This document shows positions 25,801-37,239 of a stretch of 64,000 bases of DNA, in pieces. The stretch's first letter is position 1; each line of letters starts with the position of its first letter. The notes beneath the pieces are model-generated. The model was not told where the DNA came from, searched no databases, and saw nothing but the letters and a program-made list of their open reading frames with translations. The stretch comes from Sphagnum compactum (taxonomy: Eukaryota): NCBI GenBank assembly GCA_965153455.1, contig OZ234493.1, forward strand, positions 25,038,213 to 25,102,212, written 5' to 3'. A program made the translations under genes and the position numbers.

Positions 25801-28024
25801 AGTCTATGTCAATAGAATGAGGCCTTGACCTGTCAACTTATCCAAAGGCTTTCCAAAAAAAATCAATTTTGAACCTTCAACATGGTCACATCAGAATCCC
25901 ATAACATAACAATAGATGATCCAATCTTGGATACAATGGGACAGCCCAGTCACTGACATACTGAGAACTCTTGTGAGAATCACGAAAACTCCATATTATC
26001 TCCAGGTACATATTATCTCCATAGCAAGCACCTCCTCTGAGCAAAAGTTTTGAACCTACAAACCTGAGGCTGTCACATGTACCTGATGAGCTCCCGCAAA
26101 AAGACTTCCTTATGGCTGTAAAGACTGTGGACAATAAGATCCAGCAGCCGACTGACCTGTGCAATCAAAAAGAATGAAGTCAGACTATCAACTTCATCAC
26201 AAATAACATAGGAGAGACACCATGACTCCCTACTGGCACATCAACTCCCAGCAGTGGGTGCTGAGTAGTATAAAATAATCTGCCCACAGTGAGAGGCAAA
26301 CCATTTTACAAACATCCGCACCTTAAGTTCCAGGTATTCTAGTACGAAACTATATAGTTGTCCATTGCAAAGTTCAAAGTACACTGAATCCAAGACCACA
26401 CAAGTCTACACCTTCCAAGAAAAACTAAGATCAGCAGTGAGAGGAGGACTCACCCCTGATGCTTAAGGCTCAAAAAACATAACAAGATGAGGAGATGACC
26501 AAGGGTACAAAGAACTAAGATGAAAGCAAAACATGAGATAGAGAAATTAGGACAAGAAAACAAAGAAGCCAACATTAAAATATGGAATCAACAAGATAGA
26601 AACTTGATAGCATGATCTGTTAGGGACAAAGAGGGCTTTAGAAAGCTCCACGCTTAGATTTGAAATCATCCTTCAAATAAGAATCTTAACACTCAAATCA
26701 GAGAGTCATTCTTCAGTGGGAACAAGGAGCATATGACTACCTCCGCTTGATACTCATACTTCTCCACAGGGGCTTCCTTCTCAGCAACTGTAGCCTCACA
26801 TCTAACCCTAATAAGGCTCCCCTTTGATTGGCTCACAAGTTGGGGGGCAAATCCTGATGTCCTTCCTGAAATGGCTCTCACTGATCTCAAGGATGTACTC
26901 TGACTTGCTAGCGGCAAAAATGCTGATCGTCTCCCTGAAGTATTCCCATGGGCTTTCACTACTGCTCCTGAAACTGCACACTGCTCACAAGGACATAAAT
27001 GATTGCTTACATTAGCATCAAACCACTGATAACACCAGCAGGAACTCAACATACCTAAATCCAAACTTCCTACTTGCATTTTGTCACCAACTCACTCTGA
27101 GGACAAGTGAACGTCCCATTGTTTTTCAATGACAAAATTTTAGTTCTCCATAAGCTGCAAATTACAGGAAGATGCATTCCATGTGTGACCTTCATGTATG
27201 CATTCCATGTATGTATGCATTCCATGTATGCATGCATGCATGCACTCCATGCATGTATACATTTCCATACATGACCTATCAGGAAGCAATAGGTTCACAC
27301 CTTACATGACCTCCTAAGCCACACACAGGCAGAGACATTCCAATTGTTGATTATTATAGAATGCCAACACCAAGAAAGGTGGAAAACGTGAAGAAAAACA
27401 TCACTCACACCAATAAGCTAACCAACTAATTCTTCACCTAAGTACCAAACAGCACACCTCACCGGACACCCACCATTTCAGGCCAGTTAAAATACTTAAA
27501 CCCTGATGAGAAATGTCATGAGCACAGCAGTCACTAAAATAGTGCGAGAACGTTAAAACTTCATGCCGCAATACTCGAGTGCAGGGCGGCGAATGGGCAG
27601 CTAATCAGTTGAGCATTATATACAACAGCTACAAGTCTAGCAGATTCTGTCTGCAACGAACGAAACGAAAACCGTGCCCTTCGGACTACCGCACGACGGA
27701 TGCATAAAGAAACCGACGACTCCTCTAGACACGCACACATGTCTCTTAAACCTAAGAAACAGCGAGATAGAATCAGCGTGGTATTGACAAACAAAACCAC
27801 AGTCCACACTGCCTGCTCAAAGACAAGAAAAGGAATCCAATTCTTGAAGATAGAAATCAACTAGACAGCGAGGCAAGAGTGCAGCCTACCTTATCCGACG
27901 AGGAACGAGCAGTGGAAGAGGAGGAGGAAAGCACCACCGCGGAGAGACTCCGTGCAGCCGCCAGTGAAACAGCAGGCGCCATAACTGCCGACCGCAAGGA
28001 CCTTGCAACAGACCACGCTTGCAT
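19847..28024 (-). CDS. HSP90-5: Organellar (plastid-type) heat shock protein 90, HSP90C/HSP90-5-like, ~821 aa, 20 exons
   Basis: Exons 5'->3': 28024-27890, 26980-26741, 26156-26083, 25701-25576, 25379-25286, 25044-24958, 24772-24629, 24398-24282, 24132-24064, 23887-23816, 23648-23544, 23097-22957, 22841-22749, 22594-22517, 22035-21781, 21576-21474, 21043-20866, 20636-20531, 20424-20335, 20005-19847; total 2466 nt in frame. Signature motifs [100 protein letters not shown]. Ser/Ala-rich transit peptide with VRC/EA site; C-terminal DPW motif (ENDPWKS*) rather than MEEVD or KDEL. Confidence 0.95.
27172..27275. repeat. CATG/ATGCAT-based minisatellite (RY-like) in HSP90 intron 1
   Basis: ATGCATTCCATGT occurs three times, plus ATGCATGCATGCATGCA and CATGCATG. 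Confidence 0.8.
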
Positions 28025-28176
28025 GAATGTTATTGTACGCAAGGCGAACTGATGCAAACAAAATCTGGGCACGGGCCGAAAGGAGCGCAACACAGGAGAC
28101 AAGAACCAACGGAGAGAGTAGTCTAGCCGTAAACAAATACTCGACCCGATGCTAAAACCCCGACGATCACCGATTG

Positions 28177-28209
28177 GAAGGTTCTAGACCCCGTGGCCCT
28201 AGAACCTTC
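28177..28209. promoter_or_regulatory. Paired heat-shock elements upstream of HSP90
   Basis: GAAGGTTCTAGA (nGAAnnTTCnnGAn) at 28177-28188 and CTAGAACCTTC at 28199-28209, ~150-185 bp upstream of the HSP90 ATG. Both match the HSF-binding nGAAn alternating consensus. Confidence 0.75.
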
Positions 28210-28324
28210 TCGGACGAGACGGGACGGGACGAGATGGGATGGGCGGACGAGAATTAGCTCCCTTTTTTCCGACTGTTCACGAATGTGTGGTCCTCGATCG
28301 GCATCGTCGGAGGGTCTAGTGGCG

Positions 28325-28351
28325 AAACCTAATCCTAAAACCCTAAACCCT
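28325..28351. promoter_or_regulatory. Telo-box / degenerate plant telomere repeats in HSP90 promoter
   Basis: AAACCTAATCCTAAAACCCTAAACCCT contains AAACCCTA (telo-box consensus), ~300 bp upstream of the ATG. Confidence 0.55.
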
Positions 28352-29149
28352 CACACCACTAGTTCTGGGTTCGAATCACCAACACGCACAACAGTAGTTT
28401 TTTCCTTCTTGTTGAGCCTGCACTTGTAGATAGCGTATCATTATGATAAGTACTAAATCACTTGATAATTTACATCCCCTAAATTCTCAAATCTGAATTT
28501 ACTAACTACACCAACATTGTTCAAGTTAAACTATGGCGGTTCATACTTTTTACTAACTATTGATTGGCATTTAACTCTAGATTGATGATTGCTATTATTG
28601 TTCATGAGCAACACACATGCAAATAGGAGCAATTAAGGTAGGAATATGACATGGAGAAAAGTTGCAACACTACATTACTCATTTTGTTTTATGCATTCGT
28701 CATTTGGTGTAGACTTGTTGTTTAAGAAACCCCAGGCTTGAGAAGTTCATTCATTTGTGCATAATCTTTTAGACTTTTAACAATTTAATTTCTTTATGCA
28801 TGTTTTTGTAGTCTCTTGCATCAAATGTTCACTGCATATCAAGGAATTTTGGTGTGCAACTTTGCAAGTTTTTCTTTCAAATGTTTTTCATTGCTGCATC
28901 AAGTCCATGTGTGCTTCACTTATAATGTAAGTTCATTTGCTTTTTTATAATTTGAACATTCATTAGGGTTTGTATATTTCATATTTCTTTTTAAGATCAT
29001 CTTTTTATCTTTGCCATGAGACCTTTAAGAATTGTTCTACTAGTATAATTTCTTCAACTTGTCATACAATTGCAAAATCTTCTAGTATTTTGTTATGCTT
29101 CCACATCAGCTACTAACTTTCATGATTTTGAATGCTTTGTCAAAATTGA

Positions 29150-31560
29150 CAAAATGGATAATAACTTGGCTTTCATGGAGATGCAAATTATTTTAATCCT
29201 TCATCAATATTGATTATCTTAAATTTTTTATTTTTTAAAAAGCCAAGACATAAGGGATTGAGCCAAAGCAAGATCCACTACTTGGTATTCACAATTTTAG
29301 GTGATGATCGACATTGGATATAACATTTCAAAGTTTGTAGAAATTTTGGGGACCAATTAACAAATAAACTCAAACATTTGATGGAAAAGAAAAACACAAA
29401 GCATCATTGTGATGTTCTAATTGGTATTCAAGCGGCTTGCTCTTTATATAAATTGGCACATGTAGTTGAATATCTACATTGCTCAGAATTGTCGTTATAA
29501 GAAAATTAACTATGTATTTAATGTTAAGAAAGTTTGTGCATGTTGTAAATGTTGTGTTCAAAATTTTCATTCAATGGCTAGGAGGTCATGACATTACCTA
29601 TGTGATGCATGGTTTCAAAGATTTATGTGGTCTCCCATTAATAATAAGAGCAATTTGAGTCACACATGTTCACATTCAAAAGTCAAAAGGTCAAATATTT
29701 GTTGTTGATTGTTATTCTTTCACAAGTAAGTTTTATAATCTTCAAATGCAAGTGGTGGTGCACCACGAAAAACAATTCCACAATGTTTTTGTGGGCATGC
29801 TAGGGAGCATGAACGGCTCAAAATTTTGAGACTTTCAATTCTTTACAATCGAATGACCTATGAAGATTTATTTCACCTTAAATGTGGTTAGGAAGGCATG
29901 AGACCATATATTATTGGGGACAAGGGGTAACCCCTCTTGCCTTGGTTGATCATCCCACACAAGCAAACCTGAATGCGACATATAATTATAGAATCAAGTT
30001 GTATAAAAGCAACTATATCATGGGAGAGTGGCGGTCAAAATCCTTTGACATTCTCAAAAAAACATTTCGAAAACTCTTGATAAAGAGTAACCTTCATATT
30101 TTTTCACCCTCATGTCATCATTTGTTATTGCATGCTCCACAACTTAATATTCAACAAAGGAATTCATGTGTCAATGCATTGATTGCACAACTTAAAATTA
30201 AAAATGCAAGAGACCGAAATACAAATGTGGGGGAAGCTAGGAGTAAACATGGATTCAAATGGATGTTGCAATAGATCATGACCTTGAACAAGTAGGACTT
30301 CAAGTTACATAATTGTTAAGTAATGAACAACAAACTACATGATTGAACAATATCTAGGAAACCACAAACCTCATGATTGAAAAAGATGAGTTGTTATAAC
30401 TTTATCATATTTCCTAAATGTTTGAATACACAAGAAGCAACTTGGAAAAAAATGCAAATCAAGATCAATTACAGCTTGAAGTTCAATTGTTAATATAACC
30501 AACTCTGAATATGACAATGACAACATTGACATGACAATGTAATGGCAACAACTATACCCTATAATGGCCAAACTTTCTACAAAATTGTTTCCACATGATT
30601 GAGCAGTGATTGAAAAATGACTACATAACTAATTCTCAAATTACTTATGTGAAATTGTCAAATGTAAATAGGTGCAATGGTTAAAAAATGGTAGTAGTTA
30701 GTTTTTAAATTGCTTACATGATAGTTTGAAAATTTAAAGTTGAGCTAATCGTTAGCAATGTCAATGGCATCTTCAAAATGTTCATCATCTGTAAAGTTTG
30801 AAGCTAAATTCACGAGTGGAAAAATCAATTTTTGTCTTGAATAAAAACATGGCACATGATTGTGCTCAAATTGGCCAACACACTCACCATATTCTTGTTC
30901 GTCTTCGACATTTCTTGTCTTTTGCTTTGAAATAAGCTAAATGTTGTTTCGTAGTGTGTTCATGAGTCTTATTTCTGTAATCTTCAATTCCGATCTAAAT
31001 AACATTCATTATGTCTATTGCTTCAACGATCATTTTACTACTTTTATTTGTTGCATCTATCACTAATGAAAACACACTTGACTTTTGTCATGTGTTTAGT
31101 TTGGTGGAAGACTTTTTAAGGTTGAAAAATTCAAGATAAAAGAAAGTTTTAAATAATTTATGAAAATGATTGATGTCATGCACTAGTAAATCAACACTCG
31201 CCATTATCATAATTAACAAAGGCATGCACATAAAGACATACACGCAAATCTCCTTGGGATAAACCCCAAATCATGGAAAAAAACTAAAATTTAGTTCGCA
31301 TTGAATTGAGTTCTGACCACTCAAACAATGATAAAAAAGTAAATTCTTGACATGAAAAAGGCACTAAAGATGTTTGTACATAGATTTTCCTCATAATATA
31401 AAGACATGTTTGTAAACCATTACTTTTTGTTTACAATTCTATAATCTTGAAGCAGTTCATGTTTTTGCCATCAATGTTTCTAATAAAATTATTGTTGGAA
31501 TGATCTTGTTCATGTCTTTGCAAAGGATGCATATTTTGTCATATATGGTTATGAGTAAAC
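29150..31560 (+). mobile_element. Degenerate PIF/Harbinger element (HARBI1-like DDE transposase on +, possible convergent Myb/coiled-coil ORF remnant on -)
   Basis: Plus-strand fragments YSFTSKFYNLQMQVVVHHEKQFHNVFVGMLGSMN (~29712-29815), RPYIIGDKG*PLLPWLIIPHK (~29900-29965) and FDILKKTFRKLL match DDE_Tnp_4 motifs 'VGxPGSxND', 'LGDxGYPL.PWL' and 'ENAFGILK'. Minus strand 30900-31130 reads like a decayed coiled-coil partner ORF (weak). Ends not defined. Confidence 0.72.
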
Positions 31561-31757
31561 CTTATACAAAGGTTTAAAGGTTTTAAGTTTTGCATAAGTT
31601 CATATATTACTAATTTGATCAAATTGAAATATCAAGTTCAACCATAAGATTTTTGTTGACTAAATAGATCATTTCTACATATTATATTTTCGGGACATCT
31701 AAAAGCATGTCCCCAAGGGATGTTTCTTATTGCTTTGAAGGGGTGGGGGCTTGATTG

Positions 31758-32150
31758 CCCATCAAGTTCCTAAATAATCCCCATCAAATTCCTCTTGTTC
31801 CCATCATGTTCCCATCAAATTATTTTTGTTTCCATCAATAACCCATCAAAATCCTTAAGTTCCCATCAAATTTCTCTAGTTCACATCAATAACCCATCAA
31901 AATCCTTTTGTTCCCATCAATAACCCATAAATAGTTTTTCTGTTTTCATCAAGTTCCTATCAAATTCCTCTTGTTCCCATCAATAACCCATAAATAGTTT
32001 TTCTGTTTTCATCAAGTTCCTATCAAATTCCTCTTGTTCCCATCAATAACCCATAAAAATCCTTTTTGTTCTCATCAAGTTCCCCAACAACTCCCATCAA
32101 TTTTTTTTTGTTCCCATCAAGTTTTTATCAAAAGCCTTATGTTCCCATGG
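31758..32150. repeat. CCCATCAA/GTTCCCATCAA minisatellite with an exact 63-bp tandem duplication
   Basis: More than a dozen CCCATCAA-type cores. 31921-31983 is repeated at 31984-32046. Confidence 0.88.
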
Positions 32151-32399
32151 CTATGGAGGATAGGTGAATATAGGTGAGCAAGAAGGTGAATGGTGAGACT
32201 CGTGAGAGATTCGGACAAAGTGCTAAACGAAGCGCCATAGTTTGTGGGGAGGTTGGACAGGGAGCTATAGTGGTGAATAGATGTTTGTTGTGTGCGGTAA
32301 AAAAAAGGTTGAAATTTTTTACATGCTAAGTTTTGTAGAAAATCATGGGCGGATTAGCTTTCCATGCGATTATCTACCATGTTTGTTCCTTCATGTCTG

Positions 32400-33316
32400 C
32401 AACCCAACTTAATAAGAGAATCATATTAAAGCTTAAACAACTCTTGTTGAACTAGCTCATAACATTCACAAATGTAAACAAACATATCCTTACATTGTGC
32501 AAATTTTATCAACATATGCACACACTCAAACAAATGTAAAATACAAAATAACCCCAAAATGAGTTCAACATCACATAATGAATTCGCATTTTTCAAAATA
32601 ACCTCACTCTTTGTAAATTCAACATGCGTCTTGACAATCAAATGGTGATATTCATAACACCCTAGGGTTCAACATATGCACACATTCAAACAAAAGTAGA
32701 ATACAATAAATAATCCTAGAATGAGTTTAATATCACATAACGAATTTGAATTTTTCAAAGCAACCTCACTCTTTGTAAATTCAACAGGCGTCTTAACAAT
32801 CAAATGGTGATAATCATAACACCCTGAGGTTCAACATATGCACACATTCAGACAAAAGTAGAATACAATAAATAATCTTAGAATCAGTTCAATATCACAT
32901 AATAAATTCGAATTTTTCAAAGAGCAACCTCACTCTTTGTAAATTCAACATGCATCTTAACAATCAAATGGTGATATTTATAACGCCCTAGGGTTCAACA
33001 TATGCACACACTCAAACAAAAATAAAATACAAAATAACCTCAGAATGAGTTCAACATCACATAATGAATTCAAATTTTTCAAAGCAACCTCACTCTTTGT
33101 AAATTCAACATGCCTCTTAACAATCAAATGGTGATATTTATAATGCCCTAGGGTTCAACATATGCACACACTCTAAAAAAATAAAAATACAAAATAACCT
33201 CAGAATCAGTCCAACATCACATAATGAATTCAAAAAATTTCAAAGCAACCTCACTCTTTGTAAATTCAACATGCGTTTTAACAATCAAATGGTGATATTC
33301 ATATCGCCCTAGGGTT
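32400..33316 (-). mobile_element. hAT (ZNF862-like) transposase fragment amplified as five ~160-bp tandem repeats
   Basis: Units start CAACATATGCACAC at 32510, 32670, 32832, 32996 and 33156 and end CCCTAGGGTT (one unit CCCTGAGGTT). Minus-strand translation IVKTHVEFTKSEVILKNANSLCDVELILGLFCILHLFECVHMLIKFAQCKDMFV resembles hAT/ZNF862-type transposase ('LCDVE..LGL.CILP.LE.VH.LIKFAQ.RDVFV'). The repeat is certain; the family call is recall-based. Confidence 0.72.
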
Positions 33317-33906
33317 CTTATCGGCCTAGGGTTCTTCTCCTGGGCACGTACACGATGAGTCAAAATACTATTTACTGGACTGATTTTAATCAAAAGAAAA
33401 ATCATGTCTAGAGATAGGGAACCAGAAGAAACCAACCAAAAAAGAAAAGAAGAGAGAGAAAGGATTGTGTGAAGTGACACAGCCGGCCATGCTAATTTAG
33501 GGCTTGCCATGTGTCTCAAGTACCCACAGGCTACTACCCTACCATGCCTTGGTGCCTGTGTTTTGAGAACGTCTCGGTTTGCTTTCATTTTGTTGTTGTT
33601 GTTGCAGATTGTGGTTGCAAGAACAAAGGTTCTCTGATCGAGGTTTTCTAATCAATTTTCTCATACACACTCGTGCACTTGCAGACTCAAATGATTTTTT
33701 GTTGCAAGAGTTAGTGTTTCTAAGTTGTAGAACTGGTTTTTTTCTTTTGGTTCCGTTGTTTTTTTTGTTCTTTTTTGTCCGTTGAGGAGGAGTTGTAGAT
33801 TGGCTTTGTGAATACAGATCTGTGAGAGTAGGTAGAAGGTGTTTTGTCAGTGTTTGTTTTTTTTTTTTTTTGGGGGGGGGGGCTTTTGGATTGTGTTTTG
33901 CAGACG

Positions 33907-36598
33907 ATGGCTGATTTGGTTGTGGATCGGAAGGAGACTCGGAGGGTGATAACAGGGGCTGACGGCTTCGGCTTGCCATTACAAGCTGCGTTGGTGGAGC
34001 ATTTGCGGCAAAAGGGTTACGAGGTGGTGGATTTGGGCGTGGACAAGTATTACAGTGTTGCGACGGAGGTTGGCAAGCGACTGGCCGATGAGAAGAAGCA
34101 GTCACCGGACGGACCTTTGTCGCGGGGACTTCTAGTGTGCGGCACTGGCGTCGGAGTGAGCATCTTTGCCAACAAGTTTGGTGGCGTGTACGCAGTCAAT
34201 TGCAGGTCGACTGATGACGCCATAAATGCACGCTCCATCAACAACTCCAATGTGATCACTCTTGGATCTCAGGCGGTAAATATCTACCATGGCACAAAGA
34301 CTGTCTTTGCTGATGAGAGAACCGTAGAAGCTGTAACAAATGGCCATGAGGCCATGACGTAAGCTCCTGTAACAAACACATGCAGTTGTACCACATAAGC
34401 ATCTGGATTCTCCATAAAATTGTCCGCATGAGTTCACCATATGCTTTGGAGTGTAGCACAAAAATATTGCTACTGGTCTTTCAACATAAATCAAGTGTTG
34501 TTGCAGCATCAAGCATGTATCCTGACTCATCTGTGCAGACCTAAGTTGGGGGATTCATCTCTCCCTTGAATGTCATTGTTCTTGGTTAATGGTCTGAGTA
34601 TGATTGTACTTCTTGTCAAATAATGTATGTATGTGTACCTTTGAGGTTTTTCTGATTTACAGTTGTGGTACTAGAGTTCTGTGGAGGAAGGCAAGAAGAT
34701 TTTGGACACATGGTTGGAAACTCCGTTCAAGGCGCCATGCCCAGCTAGTGATGGTCGTCCCTGGAATGATGAAATTGGGCAATTTTTAGACTCGTCAATT
34801 GGGGAAATGGAGAAGATCTCTGAGCCTGCTTTAGATAATAATGGTGTGTCTTTGGAGAAAGCCCAGGAAGGCTCTGCTCAAAATGTGTTGAATGGTAGCA
34901 CACAAAACGGGACAGTTCAGGAAGAGAGTTCTAAAACCACACCCTCCCCTGTTGAAGTTTTGGAGAAAATGCTTCACTTGACAAATCTTTCTGCAGACTT
35001 GCCACCAGCCAAAGAAAGTGATGGTATGTTCCTGGGGCTTTCTTATCTTTGCTAAATACTACCAGGGTTCCCACCAAGATTGTGTTGTCATATGTGTTAA
35101 CTTTTGATAGGTGATGTTACCCTTTCATGCGCAGTGGCTGAAATATCTAAAAATTCTGTTCACAGGTTAATGGTTAACAAAAGTCATCTCTTTAATGGCC
35201 TTTCCTCTTGAAATTGCCAGTTTCTGTTGTAGGGTTCTCTTGAATTTCTTTTTAGAACACTCCTTAGTTGGACTTCTTGAATGGCTTTGGACAGTGCATA
35301 TTTTGTGGGTTTATACTTTTACTGAGCTTGGGTTAGATGGGTGTTGACATGGTTGTATGTTGTGAGAGAATCATTTTTTGACTCTGAATTGGCAGGATAA
35401 AGTACTTCTGCCCAATGAAGGAATTCAGGCAGAGGCATTCTTTTCTGCCTGATCTAAGATTTAGTATAGCTATTGTTGTCCTGTATTGATCATGCATGAC
35501 ACAAGTGACCGGTAACATCAAGAGTACACAGTAAGCTTTCCAGTGCTATTTTGTACATTGCAAAATAACTTTTTCTTTTCGGTTTCTTTCAATGCAAATA
35601 GACATCTTAGTCAATTCTGTTATTCTTCCTGTGTGATCATTACTTGGAAATTTTTCATGCATAAGTTGTGGTCTCTTCAGGAAATTGTACAAACCAAATA
35701 TCAGTTTTTTTGTCTGGCCTAAGATCAAACAACCAATTTGATCTTAAAATTGTAGAGACAATGGATCAGCCCTGGCCCTAGTGACTTTTTGGAGGCCATA
35801 TATCAAAGAGTAATATTTGCTCAAGGGACATGTATGAGGTCAAAACTTCAAGCTTTGGTGGTAGTAAATGACCAATGTCTTGAGTATGCTTGATTCTTAT
35901 GCAGTTTCTTTTCTTCTGCAGGACTGGAGGCTGCAGCAAGAGCAGGTGTTGGAGAGGGGCTGATACCTGTTTATGCACCAATAGCTTCAGAGACTCTGTT
36001 TGAGGAGAGAGCAGGAGTGGGACCAGGACTTACAGCCATACGTGCTCCAATCTCACATCTCTCAACAGTTTCCACCATAGACAGCACATTTGGTTCTGAA
36101 CTTGCTGATGAAACCACAACAGATAAAGACATTCTGCATGAGCAAGATCTCAATGACAAGAAGCTTGACAAAGGAGATCTCAATGGAGTGGGACCTGGGC
36201 AAGGAACACACGGTTGTGCAATTTGTTCACTTGCAAACAAGAGGGAATTTGAGAATGTAGCTATTATGCCTGGTGGGTCCTGGAGAATTGTGAGAGAAGA
36301 TCCTACTTCTGCAGTTGTGAAATTCAAGGCTGGGAGTCTTGAACCTGCACACCACCACACATTTGGGCATGATCTAATAGTAACAAGTGGTACAAAGACT
36401 GTTTGGAATCTCTCAACCAATGAGAAGTTTGATCTTGGCCCTGGGGACTTCTTGTACACCCCAGCAGGTGATGTTCACCGTGTTCAGTACCATGAAGACA
36501 CTGAGTTTTTCATTAGGTGGGATGGTCATTGGGACATTTTACTTGATGAGGATCTTGACACTGCTGCTGCTGCTGTCAAGGCTGCCCACGAATCATAA
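33907..36598 (+). CDS. DRT102: DNA-damage-repair/toleration protein DRT102-like (RpiB/LacAB sugar-phosphate isomerase domain + cupin), ~464 aa
   Basis: Exons 33907-34275, 34675-35023, 35922-36598 (1395 nt in frame, GT-AG). RpiB motifs ITGADGFG, RGLLVCGTGVGVSIFANKF, NARSINNSNV, WLETPFKAPCPAS. Cupin motifs CAICSLANKREF, IMPGGSW, FKAGSLEPAHHHTFGHDL, YTPAGDVHRVQYHEDTEFFIRWDGHWDI. A likely 5'UTR intron acceptor (TTTTGCAG) ends at 33903. Confidence 0.92.
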
Positions 36599-37239
36599 GA
36601 TGGGAATATCACAAGGATGAGAAGTCAATAGAACCACAAGAAGAGGGTAAACCCAGCCAAGTTATGGACCTGTTTCTCTCTATGCTATATGCTCAAGAGT
36701 GGGCTGTACAAATAAGCTAGATTCTGGTTCTAAGCACTGAAGTTATTTACTGTTGAGAAGGCTCTATGTTGTTGTGAGACTTGGGAAGTTGGATGTGGGA
36801 ATGTTTTTTCCTAGTACCTGATGGTAATGTCATCCTCAGCACACTCTCTTTTGTTTACCCTAGATTTGACTTCTGTCGAAGGTAATTGTAAACTATGTGT
36901 TGCTAGGGATGTTATGATTAGTTTGTATCAGCAGCTGAAGTTTCTTTTCCTGATACTGGACAGCTGGGCAAGTCATGTGGAGTGTGTATGTTTCCGGACA
37001 ATGTTTCTAATTTTTATCAGCCTAAGTTTGAAACCCAGTTGGATGGTTCAAATCTGCAATTTTTTTTGTTGTCTTTCTTTCAGCTTATTGGAAAGTTTTG
37101 ATTGTCCATCTGTCAATCCAATTTTGGGAGCTCATATAGTGTTCAGTGGCAACAGGATTTTGCAATGTACCTTGCTGCAGAAAGTAGTACACCAACCTGT
37201 CTATCAATGCCAGTGGACTGAGGTGATGAAGTGCTGACA

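Noticed and set aside
32510..33316. CRISPR-like array with palindromic CCCTAGGG
   Set aside because: Whole 160-bp units are homologous, so there are no unique spacers. It is a tandem repeat.
33539..34105. 188-aa minus-strand ORF, and similar antisense ORFs at 35971-36459, 15450-15797 and 17687-17977
   Set aside because: These are shadows of real plus-strand exons and low-complexity UTR sequence, with no recognisable domain.
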